From positions 186,001 through 250,000 of the forward strand of contig NIVC01000199.1 of the NCBI GenBank assembly GCA_002269645.1: a stretch of DNA of 64,000 nt, written 5' to 3'. The notes under the pieces were generated by a model. It worked only from the letters and a program-made list of their open reading frames with translations. It searched no databases and was not told the DNA's origin. This DNA comes from Macrostomum lignano. Its lineage: Eukaryota. How positions within the stretch are numbered: position 1 is the first letter of the stretch; every line of letters begins with the position of its first letter. Made by a program: the position numbers and the translations under genes. Below, one piece after another: positions 51,001 to 62,071 of this stretch.

Positions 51001-54000
51001 GTCACAGCTCCAGGACTGCGTCGGGCTTTCCGCTTGTACGACGACGACGCTAATACGAGTAAAGGCGGGAAGATGCACTGGCACAGGCAGGTGTTTTACT
51101 TCACTGCTAATGCCGCAGAGTCTGAAATCAGCATTCAGTCGCTGTCACATCACACCGGACTGGGTATGTGATGAGTTAGCACAGTTAAACAATTTAAGGG
51201 CAAATTACCAGAATGAAAAATCTATAGCTGTATAACATTTCGACCTCCGCGGACGCTACGGACGTACCAAAAGCCAATGACTTCTATAACAAATGGGTAC
51301 TTTTACATTATGTCGACGGATCCGAACGCAAAAACCAATATTTTTCTTAGAATTATGTACTTTTTGCTGTTTTCGACTATAAATTGGCGTAGCATAACAG
51401 TGCTCATTTGTTATCGATGTCGCAGGACGCCGGAAGTGCCCCCAGCATCTCCGACGTCGAATTGTACGAGATATTATTTTGACTATTATTAACTTTTGTT
51501 TCCTCAGCCATCGACCTAGTATCACTGGATCTGATCGACACTAAAGCAGCCGCTTCCAACCTATCAACAAATCCAATCCATGTGGATACCGTGGCCGCCA
51601 GAGATAGCGGCTATGTGCACGCTAGCTGGGACCTGCAGGATGAGGAGAGCGGAATCAGCTCGGTCCACTGGGCTGTCGGCACGGTCCGTGGAGGCACACA
51701 ACTGCTGCCGTTTACATATGTTGGCCCAGCCTCCGAGGCGACAGCGGAGGTTCGACTCGTTCACGGTAGCAGCGTCCATGTGTCTGTGCTGGCAAAGAAC
51801 GGAGCAGGCCTGGTCCGGTTGTTCCACTCGCAGCCAAGCTTAATTGATCTCACGCCGCCAGTGATTGAATATGTTACCGATGGCAACTCAACAGCAGACG
51901 GTAAACCTCTAGGATTGCAGGTGAGTTGTTTGCTTGTAGTGGATAGCTCCGCTATATACTTTCGACTACTTTTGAAAAAGGAAACTGTTGGGAAAGACTT
52001 TAGAGCAGGAGATGCTTGTCCTGCAGTACGAGTAGTATCTAATCGTTAGGTCGAACAAATCGGGTTGTGATAAACAAACAAAATTTCGAGAGAATTCATG
52101 TTCTGTCACGTCCTAAGCTTTTTCTGGAGCTTGAGCTATGTTTAGTATAGTCAATTTTAACAATTAAAGGGAATTTTACGTTTCAGCAGAGCGCTCATAA
52201 GCTGATTATTAGATTCAGCGCCAGCGATCCGGAAACTGGCCTCGCTGGCGGTTGCTTCTGGTGCTGCGGCTCCGTGCCCGGAACCTGCAATTTGGCTGCC
52301 TACATTCGCGTGCCTGACGGAGCGTTCTGGGCTACCAGGCTGATGCACGAGCCGGAAAAGCTGTCGGGCTCGCGTATCTTCAGCTCCGTTAGGTGTGGCA
52401 ACGGTGCAGGACTCTGGACAGTAAAGTGAGTAGTTCATGGTTGCATGGTTTTAGTTTTATAACTTTCTTTTATGCTTGTGACGGCGTGTGAATAATAAAT
52501 TCTGCTTTATTACTGCAACTGTGATTTACTAAATGATCCGAGACGTAATTGAATAGAAATGTGGTACACATGCCCTAAGCATTCCTGTGTGGGTCCATCA
52601 AGGTTTTTTGTGAAAGTGCAGGAGAGGCATCAAATGCTGGCGAATGAAATCACCCTACTGCCTTGCATGGGCAATGTATAAAAAAACGCAAGTATATTGC
52701 GGCTCAAGCACGCAGATTGACCAGCCAATTTATGTTAGGAGATTTTTATTTTTACACTCGTAAAAATTCAACTTAGGAAACGCAGAAGTTATAGTAGATC
52801 CTATCACATAGCTACAGACAACTCATTTTTAATACGAGCTATTAGGACTAGCAATTAGCGCCCCGTGTTAGGGAGGCAACAAAGAACGGAAAATTGTTTT
52901 AGTAAACTACATGTACATGCTGCTTCTGACCTTGCCCCCCGTAAGCCTCGATATCTCAGAAATTCCCCCGTAACTTATAGTAAATATTCGAGTACGAGAG
53001 GTATGAGGTAGCTATTGAACTTCGGAGATGACCATGGTTCTGATTACTTTCTATTTTACCTCTTTTTACTTTCTTAGTAATTCACAACTATTAAACACTT
53101 TTCCAGAGTTTCCGCTGGAATCCTAATTTACAACGGCACACCTGACGCATCGGCTGCAAAATTAAGCGTCTACAGTCCAATCGTTTCCCCATTTTTAGCT
53201 AAGGACGCTTTCGTTGGCAACGCATCGGCGCTTATGCTTAGCTGGTGGGGATTTTTAGACCAAGTGGAGCTGGCAGATTATCAGATCCGACTGATGGACG
53301 TTGGGCAGAGTTTTGTAGCACGCGACTGGCTCAGTGTTGGCGGCTCCAAGGTGCAGTCGTTGCGCTTCGGTGACTTTCACTGGGCACCGGCAGAGTCTAC
53401 CGAGTCGAGGTGCGGGCAGTGAACGTCCTTGGTAAAATGAGCAAAACTGTAGCTCACGAGTTTCGAGTTGATGCCAAGCCTCCTAAACTGACAGGTTGGT
53501 TGCTTCATTGAGTTTCCGAATTAATATTATACTTGCATAAAGGGGGTTGTAGCCTAGTGGTTAGAGCGCCGGACACACAACTTGAAAGTCGGGGGTTCGA
53601 TTCCCAATCCCACTGGAACAATTTTTGTCCTTGAGCAAGACACTTAACTCTGCATTGATTCAGTTCCCACCAGCTGTAAAATGGGTACCAGCATTAGCTG
53701 GGGTAATTGAGGGTGTGTGGCGACCCCCCCTCCATGGACTGAACAGCCGTACGCAGCCTTCCGATGATTGTTAATGTATAAACTTGGCTAGGGAATTTAC
53801 AAACGATTATAACAAACCAACTCTTTTAGGCAAGAAATGACTTGTGAGCTACAATTCAGACAGGCGTCAACTCACAGTGGACTGGCTCGGCGTGTTTCAC
53901 TCCGCCAGCGATCTCGTCTTCGAAGTGACCGTAGAAACTGCGCCCTCGTTTGGTGACATCTACAGATGGCAAGCAACCAGGCAACACAGCTTGGTGCTGA

Positions 54001-54098
54001 AAGCGATCGACCCAGCTCAGCAGAGGCTGTTCATGCGACTAACCGCTGTCAATGAAGCTGGAATTTCTAGCTCGTTGTATAACGAGATTACAGTCTAG
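33099..54098 (+). CDS. giant multi-exon gene (roughly 35-40 exons, on the order of 3400 aa by hand estimate): probably secreted protein with Cys-rich EGF-like segments, many FnIII-like beta-sandwich repeats and a carbohydrate-binding-like module
   Basis: Candidate signal-peptide exon MLQNKLKIVKILVLVLLSATCIF(G) at 33099-33168 (its splice phase to the next exon did not resolve by hand). Many GT-AG exons carry the recurring motifs SDG-x2-(V/I)D-x-(S/T)PP and W-x-GF-x-DPESGI-x2-Y; large exons at ~36545-37230, ~49338-50280 and ~50361-51165; ends ..LYNEITV* at 54098. Confidence 0.8.
35150..35495 (+). mobile_element. tRNA-derived SINE, family B (intronic)
   Basis: B-box-like GGCTCGATTCC; body highly similar to 62760-63115; ends CCCCCTGC..TAATAAAAA. 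Confidence 0.75.
37902..38130 (+). mobile_element. tRNA-derived SINE, family A, with CORE-like central domain (intronic)
   Basis: A box TAGCCTATTGG, B box GGTTCGATTCC; GTCCTTGAGCAAG..TTAACTC..CTGTAAAATG; second copy at 53542-53765. Confidence 0.85.
38837..40550 (-). mobile_element. Helitron-like 3' portion carrying ~80 units of the 18-bp minisatellite (intronic)
   Basis: Reverse complement matches 4630-5141 and ends CGCGCCCCGAAGGGGGCAATAGATTGCTAG|T; array at ~39090-40550. Confidence 0.7.
52848..52975 (-). mobile_element. Helitron-type 3' end attached to the GCTGAGATGTCAAGG repeat family
   Basis: On - strand: repeat units, then imperfect hairpin GCCTCCC-TAACAC-GGGGCGC, then TAATTGCTAG|T. Confidence 0.5.
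53542..53765 (+). mobile_element. tRNA-derived SINE, family A (intronic)
   Basis: A box TAGCCTAGTGG, B box GGTTCGATTCC; body matches 37902-38130. Confidence 0.85.
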
Positions 54099-54952
54099 TT
54101 GACTCATAAGAATTCAGAGCGATCATGCTAAAGTTCTTCGATATTTGATTTGATGTTAATTAAACTATTTAACTATATTCTATACTTTGTTAATATTTGT
54201 TTAGAAATTTATATTATTAACATATTTTTTATTCCTTTTATACTCTAAGCTTTGAAAAGCAGTGATTTATTAAGTACTTTACTATTGATCTGTTTAGATA
54301 GAACTTAACTGCATATAAACATCTAGTTTATGATGATTGGTATATAATAATGATCGAGCGGATTCAATTTCTATGGCCAATCGAATTTTACTGTTAGATA
54401 TACTTGTGTGTTAAAGTACAGCGCTCGATATGTCACAACGAACTCCGCTAGGAAAATTTACATGTTTTTATTTGACTGTTCTAATTTGTTCTAAATCGAG
54501 AGCCAGCTATTTGAGCCATTTTTCTATAATACCTGATTGACAAATTGAAATACAGAATACGAGCTAAATAAGACTCAGCCACATCACATTGCAGCAGATC
54601 ACAGAACTTTGTGTGCCTGCAATCGTAAATACGGGATTTATACTCAAGTTATGCATAATTTTACACCAGAAAGAATCAATTTATAGAATAGTTTATTTAT
54701 ATATTTAGTAGCTACATGTACTTGTGCAGAATCATAAAAGCGCATTGTTGTTATTACAACATATAGCGAAACAAATCTATGCATTTAATTTCTGATTCAA
54801 TAATTTAAACAGCAGATTCTTTCAGAAAAGCAAGAAAATAATCATCACAAACTATGAAAATTTCAAGATCAAGTTTGTAGTCTGCGTTGCGGGAAAATTT
54901 ACTGTAAGTATCGTGATCAATTCGTGACGGATTCTGTTCATCTCATCGGTTA

Positions 54953-56560
54953 TCACTTTTCCTCAGCCTCCGTCTTCTTGGCTTCAGCAGTCTTGGTGGC
55001 AATCGCGGCTTTCAGTAGCTGCTCCTCTGAAAAGAACATTCCGTGAATAGCGGAGGGCACTGAGACGCCCTTGAAGTCGACCTTGGCCACCTCAGTCATG
55101 CTCTTGGCATCCAGAATGACAAGGAACAGAGACCGTTGATCCACAGTGCCCACTACAGAGGCGAGCAGAAGGCCATGATCTTCACTACAGCGATCAGGAT
55201 GCTCAACGAATATCGCCTCGGATGGTTCGCAGCCTGGAGCATTCCATTGAAGAACTTCCTCGGTCTGCCAGTCCAGCTTCACGATGCTGGAGTTGGACGA
55301 TGCGGCCCCAGACGCCTCGGTAGTAGACATCGATTTGCCAACACCATAACCGTACCGGTATGGCTCACCGTTGTACCGGTAGTTTATCTGGGGAAACTCG
55401 ATGGCTAGTCGACACGCAGGCTCCGTGCATTTCACGATCTCCGTGCTGCCAAGCTTCAGTCGGTAGCGACGAAGCGTCACATCTGTCTTTGGCAGCTCAC
55501 TCAGCTGCTGCATCTCTTTCAGCGACAGTCGCTTTATTAAATCTCCAGACTTGTAGGCGCTGAGATCTATGACGATCTCTACACTTCCGTCCTTGCATTC
55601 CACCTCGTATGCGTTCATGTGATGGAAGGTGAAAAAGGCCTCGGCTGTAAGCGTCTGCACTAGCTTGCCGTCGGCGCGAGACACGACGTGAAGCAAAGAA
55701 CCGTAGCCGTCATACCAGTTCAGACAGTCTCCGTAAGACAAACCGAATATTCCTGCGGCTATGAGGCGGGGAATGTTCAGCGCTAGAGGAGACTCAACCA
55801 GAACTAGATAGTTGCGAGTCATGGCGAAGCTGTGAAAATACGCCGGATTGAAGCGCCACCTCGAGGGTATTTTTGCTACAACTTCGGCTTTGTCCAAGCC
55901 TCCGGGCGGGATGCGTGCGAATACGTACTGGGGACCCTCACGATCACGAAATGCTGTGCCGACGTTCAGAACACTGCCGTCCGACTCAATGTGCGGGTGT
56001 GCCGTCACCGTGTTGATAGGTATTACCTTGTTCAGGTCGACTTTTTCCAGACAGTCTAAAGTTCTGGGATCGATTCGGTTAAGAAAGTTGGTCTCGGTAG
56101 TGGCGTAAACTTGATCTCCAATCGGGAAGATATTCACGAAGGTGTTGTCAGACACCATCGACCTCAGTTTTGCCTCCTCCTCGCTTGGCCAAAAATAAGA
56201 AGCGAACCGTCCTAGCCACGATTTGCACGGATCTGGAAACGTCCGCGTGCCGAACTCGCTGACAACGATGCGCTTGTACGCCATGTTTGTCGTGTACGCG
56301 TCCGAACGGAGGAATTGGCTGGTGAACTCCACCTGACCGTTCGAGATGCTGAACTTTCGCAACAGTGCCAGGCCATCGAAGTAGTGATGGTACTGAGTGT
56401 CGCCCACTTCAAACAGACCCGGTCCGTTCCGAATGAGGCTGCCGCTCAGCCAGGTGGGTACAGAGCCTCCGTCTCGGACTACTCCTCGCACTGGTTCGGT
56501 GTTCTCTCCGCTGGCAGACGTGTACAGGGCAGCACCCAGGTTAGTTAATTTATCGGACAT
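54953..56560 (-). CDS. carotenoid oxygenase (BCO1/BCO2/RPE65/NinaB family), intronless, 535 aa
   Basis: WLSGSLIRNGPG, HYFDG, SEFGT..PDPCKS, four iron-ligand His contexts (TAHPH, YFHSF, TFHHMN, AIHGMF), EFPQINY and PSEAIFV. Confidence 0.95.
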   Translation of the reverse strand: MSDKLTNLGAALYTSASGENTEPVRGVVRDGGSVPTWLSGSLIRNGPGLFEVGDTQYHHYFDGLALLRKFSISNGQVEFTSQFLRSDAYTTNMAYKRIVVSEFGTRTFPDPCKSWLGRFASYFWPSEEEAKLRSMVSDNTFVNIFPIGDQVYATTETNFLNRIDPRTLDCLEKVDLNKVIPINTVTAHPHIESDGSVLNVGTAFRDREGPQYVFARIPPGGLDKAEVVAKIPSRWRFNPAYFHSFAMTRNYLVLVESPLALNIPRLIAAGIFGLSYGDCLNWYDGYGSLLHVVSRADGKLVQTLTAEAFFTFHHMNAYEVECKDGSVEIVIDLSAYKSGDLIKRLSLKEMQQLSELPKTDVTLRRYRLKLGSTEIVKCTEPACRLAIEFPQINYRYNGEPYRYGYGVGKSMSTTEASGAASSNSSIVKLDWQTEEVLQWNAPGCEPSEAIFVEHPDRCSEDHGLLLASVVGTVDQRSLFLVILDAKSMTEVAKVDFKGVSVPSAIHGMFFSEEQLLKAAIATKTAEAKKTEAEEK

Positions 56561-57560
56561 TGTGTACTTCTATTACAACTTGATGAATCGTTGAAGTTCT
56601 AGACTTTTTGGTGCTTAACAGTTAGCTCCGAAGTATTTCGAACAGCTAGGTGCGACGATTGCAATTTTATGTGCTTGAAGCTGGCCTGGAGTTTGAACGT
56701 TGAAATCTAGCAAGTCTCACTCTTTACACCCACAGCTATGGGCGCGCACGCTTATCTACTCTGTCTCTCTTCTCTCTCTGCCCCTCCGCTGTTTCCTGCT
56801 ATTTTCGTACACTGCATATAAACTCAGTACTTTTCTAATGTACACTGAATCATGTGACTAAATGTACATCCAGCAATTTGCCTTCCCTTAGCGCACAATC
56901 TTTTATGGTTGTTGCGTCTAGCTACAAATTAACTGCTGTACTGTATAACAAAATGCGTTTATGCCCATACCGACTTGTTGGACCGCTTCAATATTTCCAC
57001 TGTAGCTACATATGGCTTGATTCAAAATAGGTTTGCAAACAACTGTATTTTGGTAGTCGGGATCTTTTATGATAGTCTGGTAACAAACTTTGAAAATTGT
57101 TTTTTATTACCGTGTTTTTGCGCTTTAAATTCTCAGTTTTAAAGCTCAGTTGGCTGGTCTCAAGATAAAAGCACTTAAATATCGACCGTTAGAAGTGACG
57201 GTGTCATTTAATACGAGTACATAGCGGCTGCTAACTTCTGATGTGTCCTTGCAGTTGGATATATTGTACTGACGTTTTAACGCATATTTGATCATCCGAT
57301 ATATACTCAGCACCATCGAAAAGTCGCCATCACAGAAGATTCCGTCTGTGGTCGCCACTTTCGAGAGTGCAGGTAAAGTCTCTCAATCCTTGCGAGTGAC
57401 GCAACACAGCTACGCCGCGGCAGAGTTGAGTTGAGGAATGAAGTGGGGGGATGGGGTGCGAGGGTTGGACGGATTAAAGCTACCCCTCAATTTTCTCGCA
57501 TCTTTTATTTCAGAATAGTCAAGAGAAATTGCTCACTGGCGCATACGAGTGGCGACTTTT

Positions 57561-57776
57561 CAATGTTGCTGAGTATACTTACGAGCTACAATGGAATGCA
57601 GTACTCTAACAACACAGCATCATGCAACTAGTCAATGTTGCTGAGTATACTTACGAGCTACAATGGGATGCAGTACTCTAACAACACAGCATCATGCAAC
57701 TAGTCAATGTTGCTGAGTATACTTACGAGCTACAATGGGATGCAGTACTCTAACAACACAGCATCATGCAACTAGC
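57561..57776. repeat. 72-bp tandem repeat, 3 copies
   Basis: Units start at 57561, 57633 and 57705 (CAATGTTGCTGAGTATACTTACGAGC..). Confidence 0.95.
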
Positions 57777-58220
57777 GTACGCGAATGTGTTCATGTTCTC
57801 AGAGCATACTGTACATGCATGCACCCATGAACTATCTCCATTGTTGAATTTACAAGAACTAAATATTGCACTTAATGGCTAAAACTACCTGTATAATGCA
57901 GCTAAAAAATCAAAAATAAAAAAAAATAAAAAAGTGCAAATCAAATGCGTATTTGCACTTTTACAGCTTTACAATTACAATTAAGTACAACTTACAATTA
58001 AGTACTTACAATGTATGTTCGCAGCTAGCGCAACAATGTATTCAATATAAGTACATGCGAATTCATGAATATAAATTCATGTTACCTGGGCTGCATGAGA
58101 ATATCTGTGCAAACTCCCGGGCTCTGGCGCTGGAAAGTGTAGCCACCAGGCCTCGTCCCCTAGACTTTGTCCGCCTCTGGATGGCGCGGTAGCTGACGTT
58201 GCGGCCAAGATCCCTAGCTA

Positions 58221-58245
58221 CTAGACAGCGCGGGCCCGCGGGTTA
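58221..58245 (-). mobile_element. possible Helitron-type 3' terminus
   Basis: Perfect palindrome CGCGGGCCCGCG (58229-58240), 4 nt before CTAG|T on the - strand. Confidence 0.4.
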
Positions 58246-59190
58246 TTTTAAGGTTACACACTTAATGCGTAGCCGCCACTAGTCACCTTGCAAAAGTACA
58301 CCCGGCGAAAAACCCCACTAACGAGATGGGACTCCCGGGTCTGTAGTAGACTGAGGTTCTTGACCCCAACGGTGCTAGAAATGGCCGATGTAAAAAACTC
58401 TATGCGAGGCATACAGGGACAGTCTAGTCAGTGCTGGAATTAAACGAGGACTTTTGCATTGGGGGAAATTTAGTAGGTGAGCGAAATTTTAAGGCTACAA
58501 TTGCCTCCTAAGCTCCAAGGATCCCAGGGGTGGATAATAAATAACGCAATTATAATGTCTTTCCTTTTATCAACGGACAAGCTGTTGAAACCCGCGGATT
58601 TTAAACCCGGGGAACTCCATTCCCCGGAATCATTTTTGCATGTATTCTAAAATCTGAGGTCAAACTCAAACAAAAACTTGTTAATAGTTAGGATAGAGTT
58701 AAACATAAAATAGTGTACATTCATGTAAAATTAGGATTTGAGGCAAGCATTGATATTGTTAGCTGGGGTGCTGCGCAGAATTTCAGGCAAACTGTGGCCT
58801 CTACCTCTGCCTCTCCTATGTCCTTTGCATCCTTTGAAACTTCCATCTTCTTTTCTGTTTCCTATCTTCTCTCTCGTCTCTTCTCTCTCTCCTCTCATCT
58901 CTTCTTTCTTCTCTCCTCTGTCCTCTCTCCTCTCTCGTCCCTTCTCTCGTCTCTTCCCTCTCCCCTGTATTCTTTTCTCTCTCCTCTTCTCTCTTCAACG
59001 GATGTATTCGATGTTGCTGCAGGGGATGGGGAAGTGCATGTCCCAGAGCTCTCTCATGGTGCACATCTTACAGGGACTTACTTAGAAATACTTTTACTAC
59101 TACTATGATTCTTTGGTTGGACTCGGCTCATACTCGGTGGTTTTGCAGGATCAGTTAATTAAGATGATCAGAGAATTAGCATCAGTTAAT

Positions 59191-59253
59191 CAAGGACCAC
59201 TAGAAGTTACCGTTGTATCAGGACGCAACACTCGTAACTTCTAGTGGTCCTTG
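59191..59253. mobile_element. 63-bp miniature inverted-repeat element (hAT- or P-like)
   Basis: Perfect 20-bp TIR CAAGGACCACTAGAAGTTAC / GTAACTTCTAGTGGTCCTTG; perfect 8-bp TSD CAGTTAAT at 59183-59190 and 59254-59261. Confidence 0.85.
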
Positions 59254-61604
59254 CAGTTAATCAGGTAAATAGATTAGAATGAATATTAGAAAAATGTTGA
59301 ACAATAGGGGTGGTGACCTGAGGATCAAGGAGCAATCAAGTTGCTTAGGGTTAATTAACTCGGTCCTGGGGGGAGATCGCCGGTTCGGGTACTGAGTCAA
59401 GGGTGGTTTCGGTCTCGCGCGGTAACAACCAACAGGTAAAAACAGCCGGGAGCCAAACGCCGCTAAGGGCTTTTTCTTTGTTAAGTATATAGCGTTTCAG
59501 CCCCTAGCCGGGGCTCTTCCGCAAGTTTTTTTTAGAATTTAATTTTAACGTGTGTACACATCGCCCGTAAATTTTTTTAAGGGCTCAAAACGGGCTGCTA
59601 TTTATAGCCCTGACAGACCGCTTCACGCAATCACGTGAGCGTGATGCGTGATAGCAATTTTGAAGGTCATGACCTCTCCCTGACCTGGAGAAAAATGATT
59701 AATATTGGAGGATTACATAATAGGCGGGAAAAAGCTTAGCGAGATAGGGGTTCATCAAACTGTCACGCGCACGAATGATTTCGAACAGTATACTCGTATA
59801 TAGAAGGAGATGGGGTTGGTGCGCGGGGGAGTGGGTGGGTGATAAGCAATGATAAGCGGAGGCACAGCGACCACAGTAGTGGGAGGAGGGTGCACAAAAA
59901 TTAGTGGGGAGGCCCAGGACATGTCTTACATCATGTATGGATGTATGTAGATGTGACGTGCTATGGCATACAGCTGAAAAAATATGTGTCTAAATATATC
60001 CGTCTGCAGATGCTACACATGTATATAATTACATATGTACGCTGCTAAATTTGAGTCTGCGTAGCTGACTGTAATGGAACTTTGAACAAACTTCAGTATA
60101 CTCAAGTCTAGCATACTCTTACTAGCTATAGCTTAAACATGGATCGAGTAATTGAAACAGCTGAAAAAAACTTACCTCTGCATGTAGTTCCTTTGGGAAT
60201 TCCTTACGCATAAGAATATATAGCTACTGTTTGTAGCTAATTTGTAGTATTTAAACCTACATTCCAGCTCTCTATAACAATAATATTATAATTCAGAAAA
60301 TTTTATTTTATGAGCAATGTTTGACCGGCTTTAAAAGCCACAGTCTGTTAACGAGAGCCAGCACGTAGTGCTGAAGCTATAGCTCAGTTAAGGTGCCAAA
60401 TGTCAAAAGTAATTAATGCATGTCTTGGACTCAGCCATCTGCGTCTTAACGTGTACATGAAGCCCAACCACCTGAGGACATCATATAGCTTTTTTAAGAT
60501 AGCGACACATGCAAACTGGAAGTTTAAATTGTGGTATAGACGCAATATTGACTCAGACATCGATTGTGCTGGAGTGCAGCTCTAACTTATTCCTTGGACT
60601 GACAGACTTAGCTTTAGGTATATGTGCCCGTATACATGTACTTGAGCTGCTCATCTAAAATCGATCACTATTAACGTTATTTAAAAAATTGTATTTTTAA
60701 TTATCGAATGAAGTAGATTAACAAGTAGAACAAGCTCAACAGTAAAGTATTTCATTTTTGTCTTTGTGGTTCAGACTTATAAAAAAATCAGCAGGTATTG
60801 CAATTTTTTCCTATTATGGATTTTATTTCTTCTCCAGATGGAACGCGGGTATTATTCAATTTTTCTCAACTGGATCAATATTCGCTGTTACGAATACGAA
60901 ACCCACGTACGTGTACATGTAACATGCGACTTTTTCACATCACATTGTTATTGTTCTAGATTATTTTATGCACAATTTAGAATTCCTATCAATAAATTTA
61001 TAGTTAGAATAAAATATAGAAAATGATGATTTTTTAAATAACGATGCTTTTCTTCCATTGAATTATTTTTTATACTTTTTTAACTTAATTTATTTATTAC
61101 TTTATTTAATTTTTTTAATGCCACAACCTAAAAAAGTAGGCTAAAACCTTAAAATTACAAAACAGAATGGAACTGCCACTGAAAACAAACATATGAAAGT
61201 TAAGGTTTAAAGAGACTAAAAATAGTTGGATTAGAATGAAAGTTTATTTATCAATATTTAATAATTTTAGGCCTACTTTGTTTTAAAGCCTGTCCTAAGC
61301 CCATAGGCAGTTCTTTTTTCCTCCTAACTAAGGCCTACCTGCCTACCAAGTACCAAACCCAACTCAATTGATAGTCTTGATGGCCACTACAATAGCATTG
61401 ATTAAAATATTTTGGTTTTAGATAAATAATAATAATAATATATTAAGTATACTTTGGGTTTAAACTATTTTTATTGAATTTATATAATATGTAAAAATAT
61501 TATTATTAACCATACATGCCCAACCTTAAAATTTCACCTATCCAGTGCTACTTAGGCCTAGTTTTGTCCAGATTTGCAACTTAGTTCCTCCCAATTATGA
61601 CTTA

Positions 61605-61700
61605 GTAAGTTCCTCCCAATTGGCAATTGCGACGTAGTTCTTCCTGATTGCGACTTAGTTCCTCCCAATTGCAACTTAGTTCCTCTCAATTGCAACTTAA
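61605..61700. repeat. degenerate ~21-bp tandem repeat (GCGACTTAGTTCCTCCCAATT)
   Basis: Four to five visible units. Confidence 0.75.
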
Positions 61701-62071
61701 TTTTCACTTTGTATATGACGTTTCTTGCCTTTTTCTTTTTTCTCTTTCTCTTTCCTCTTCCCTTCTCTCTCTCTTCTCCTTCTTTTTTTCCTTTTCTCTT
61801 CCTCTCCTTTCTTCTTCCCCCAATTTTTGTCTTTTGCATTATTCAATTTTGTGACTTACCTTGGCTGGTGGCCATTTCACATGTCCAGTTTGGATGGGTC
61901 AGGTGGCTGTTGGGCATGTATGTTATTAATTGTACTTTGATAAACTCTTAGTGTTAGCAGCTTAAAAATCTATATTGACGTACCAAAGGCAATGCTTTAT
62001 TATTATTATCAATTTAAAATAATTATTTTCATGATTGCTTCAAGTGTTATATATAACTCATTGTCTATACA

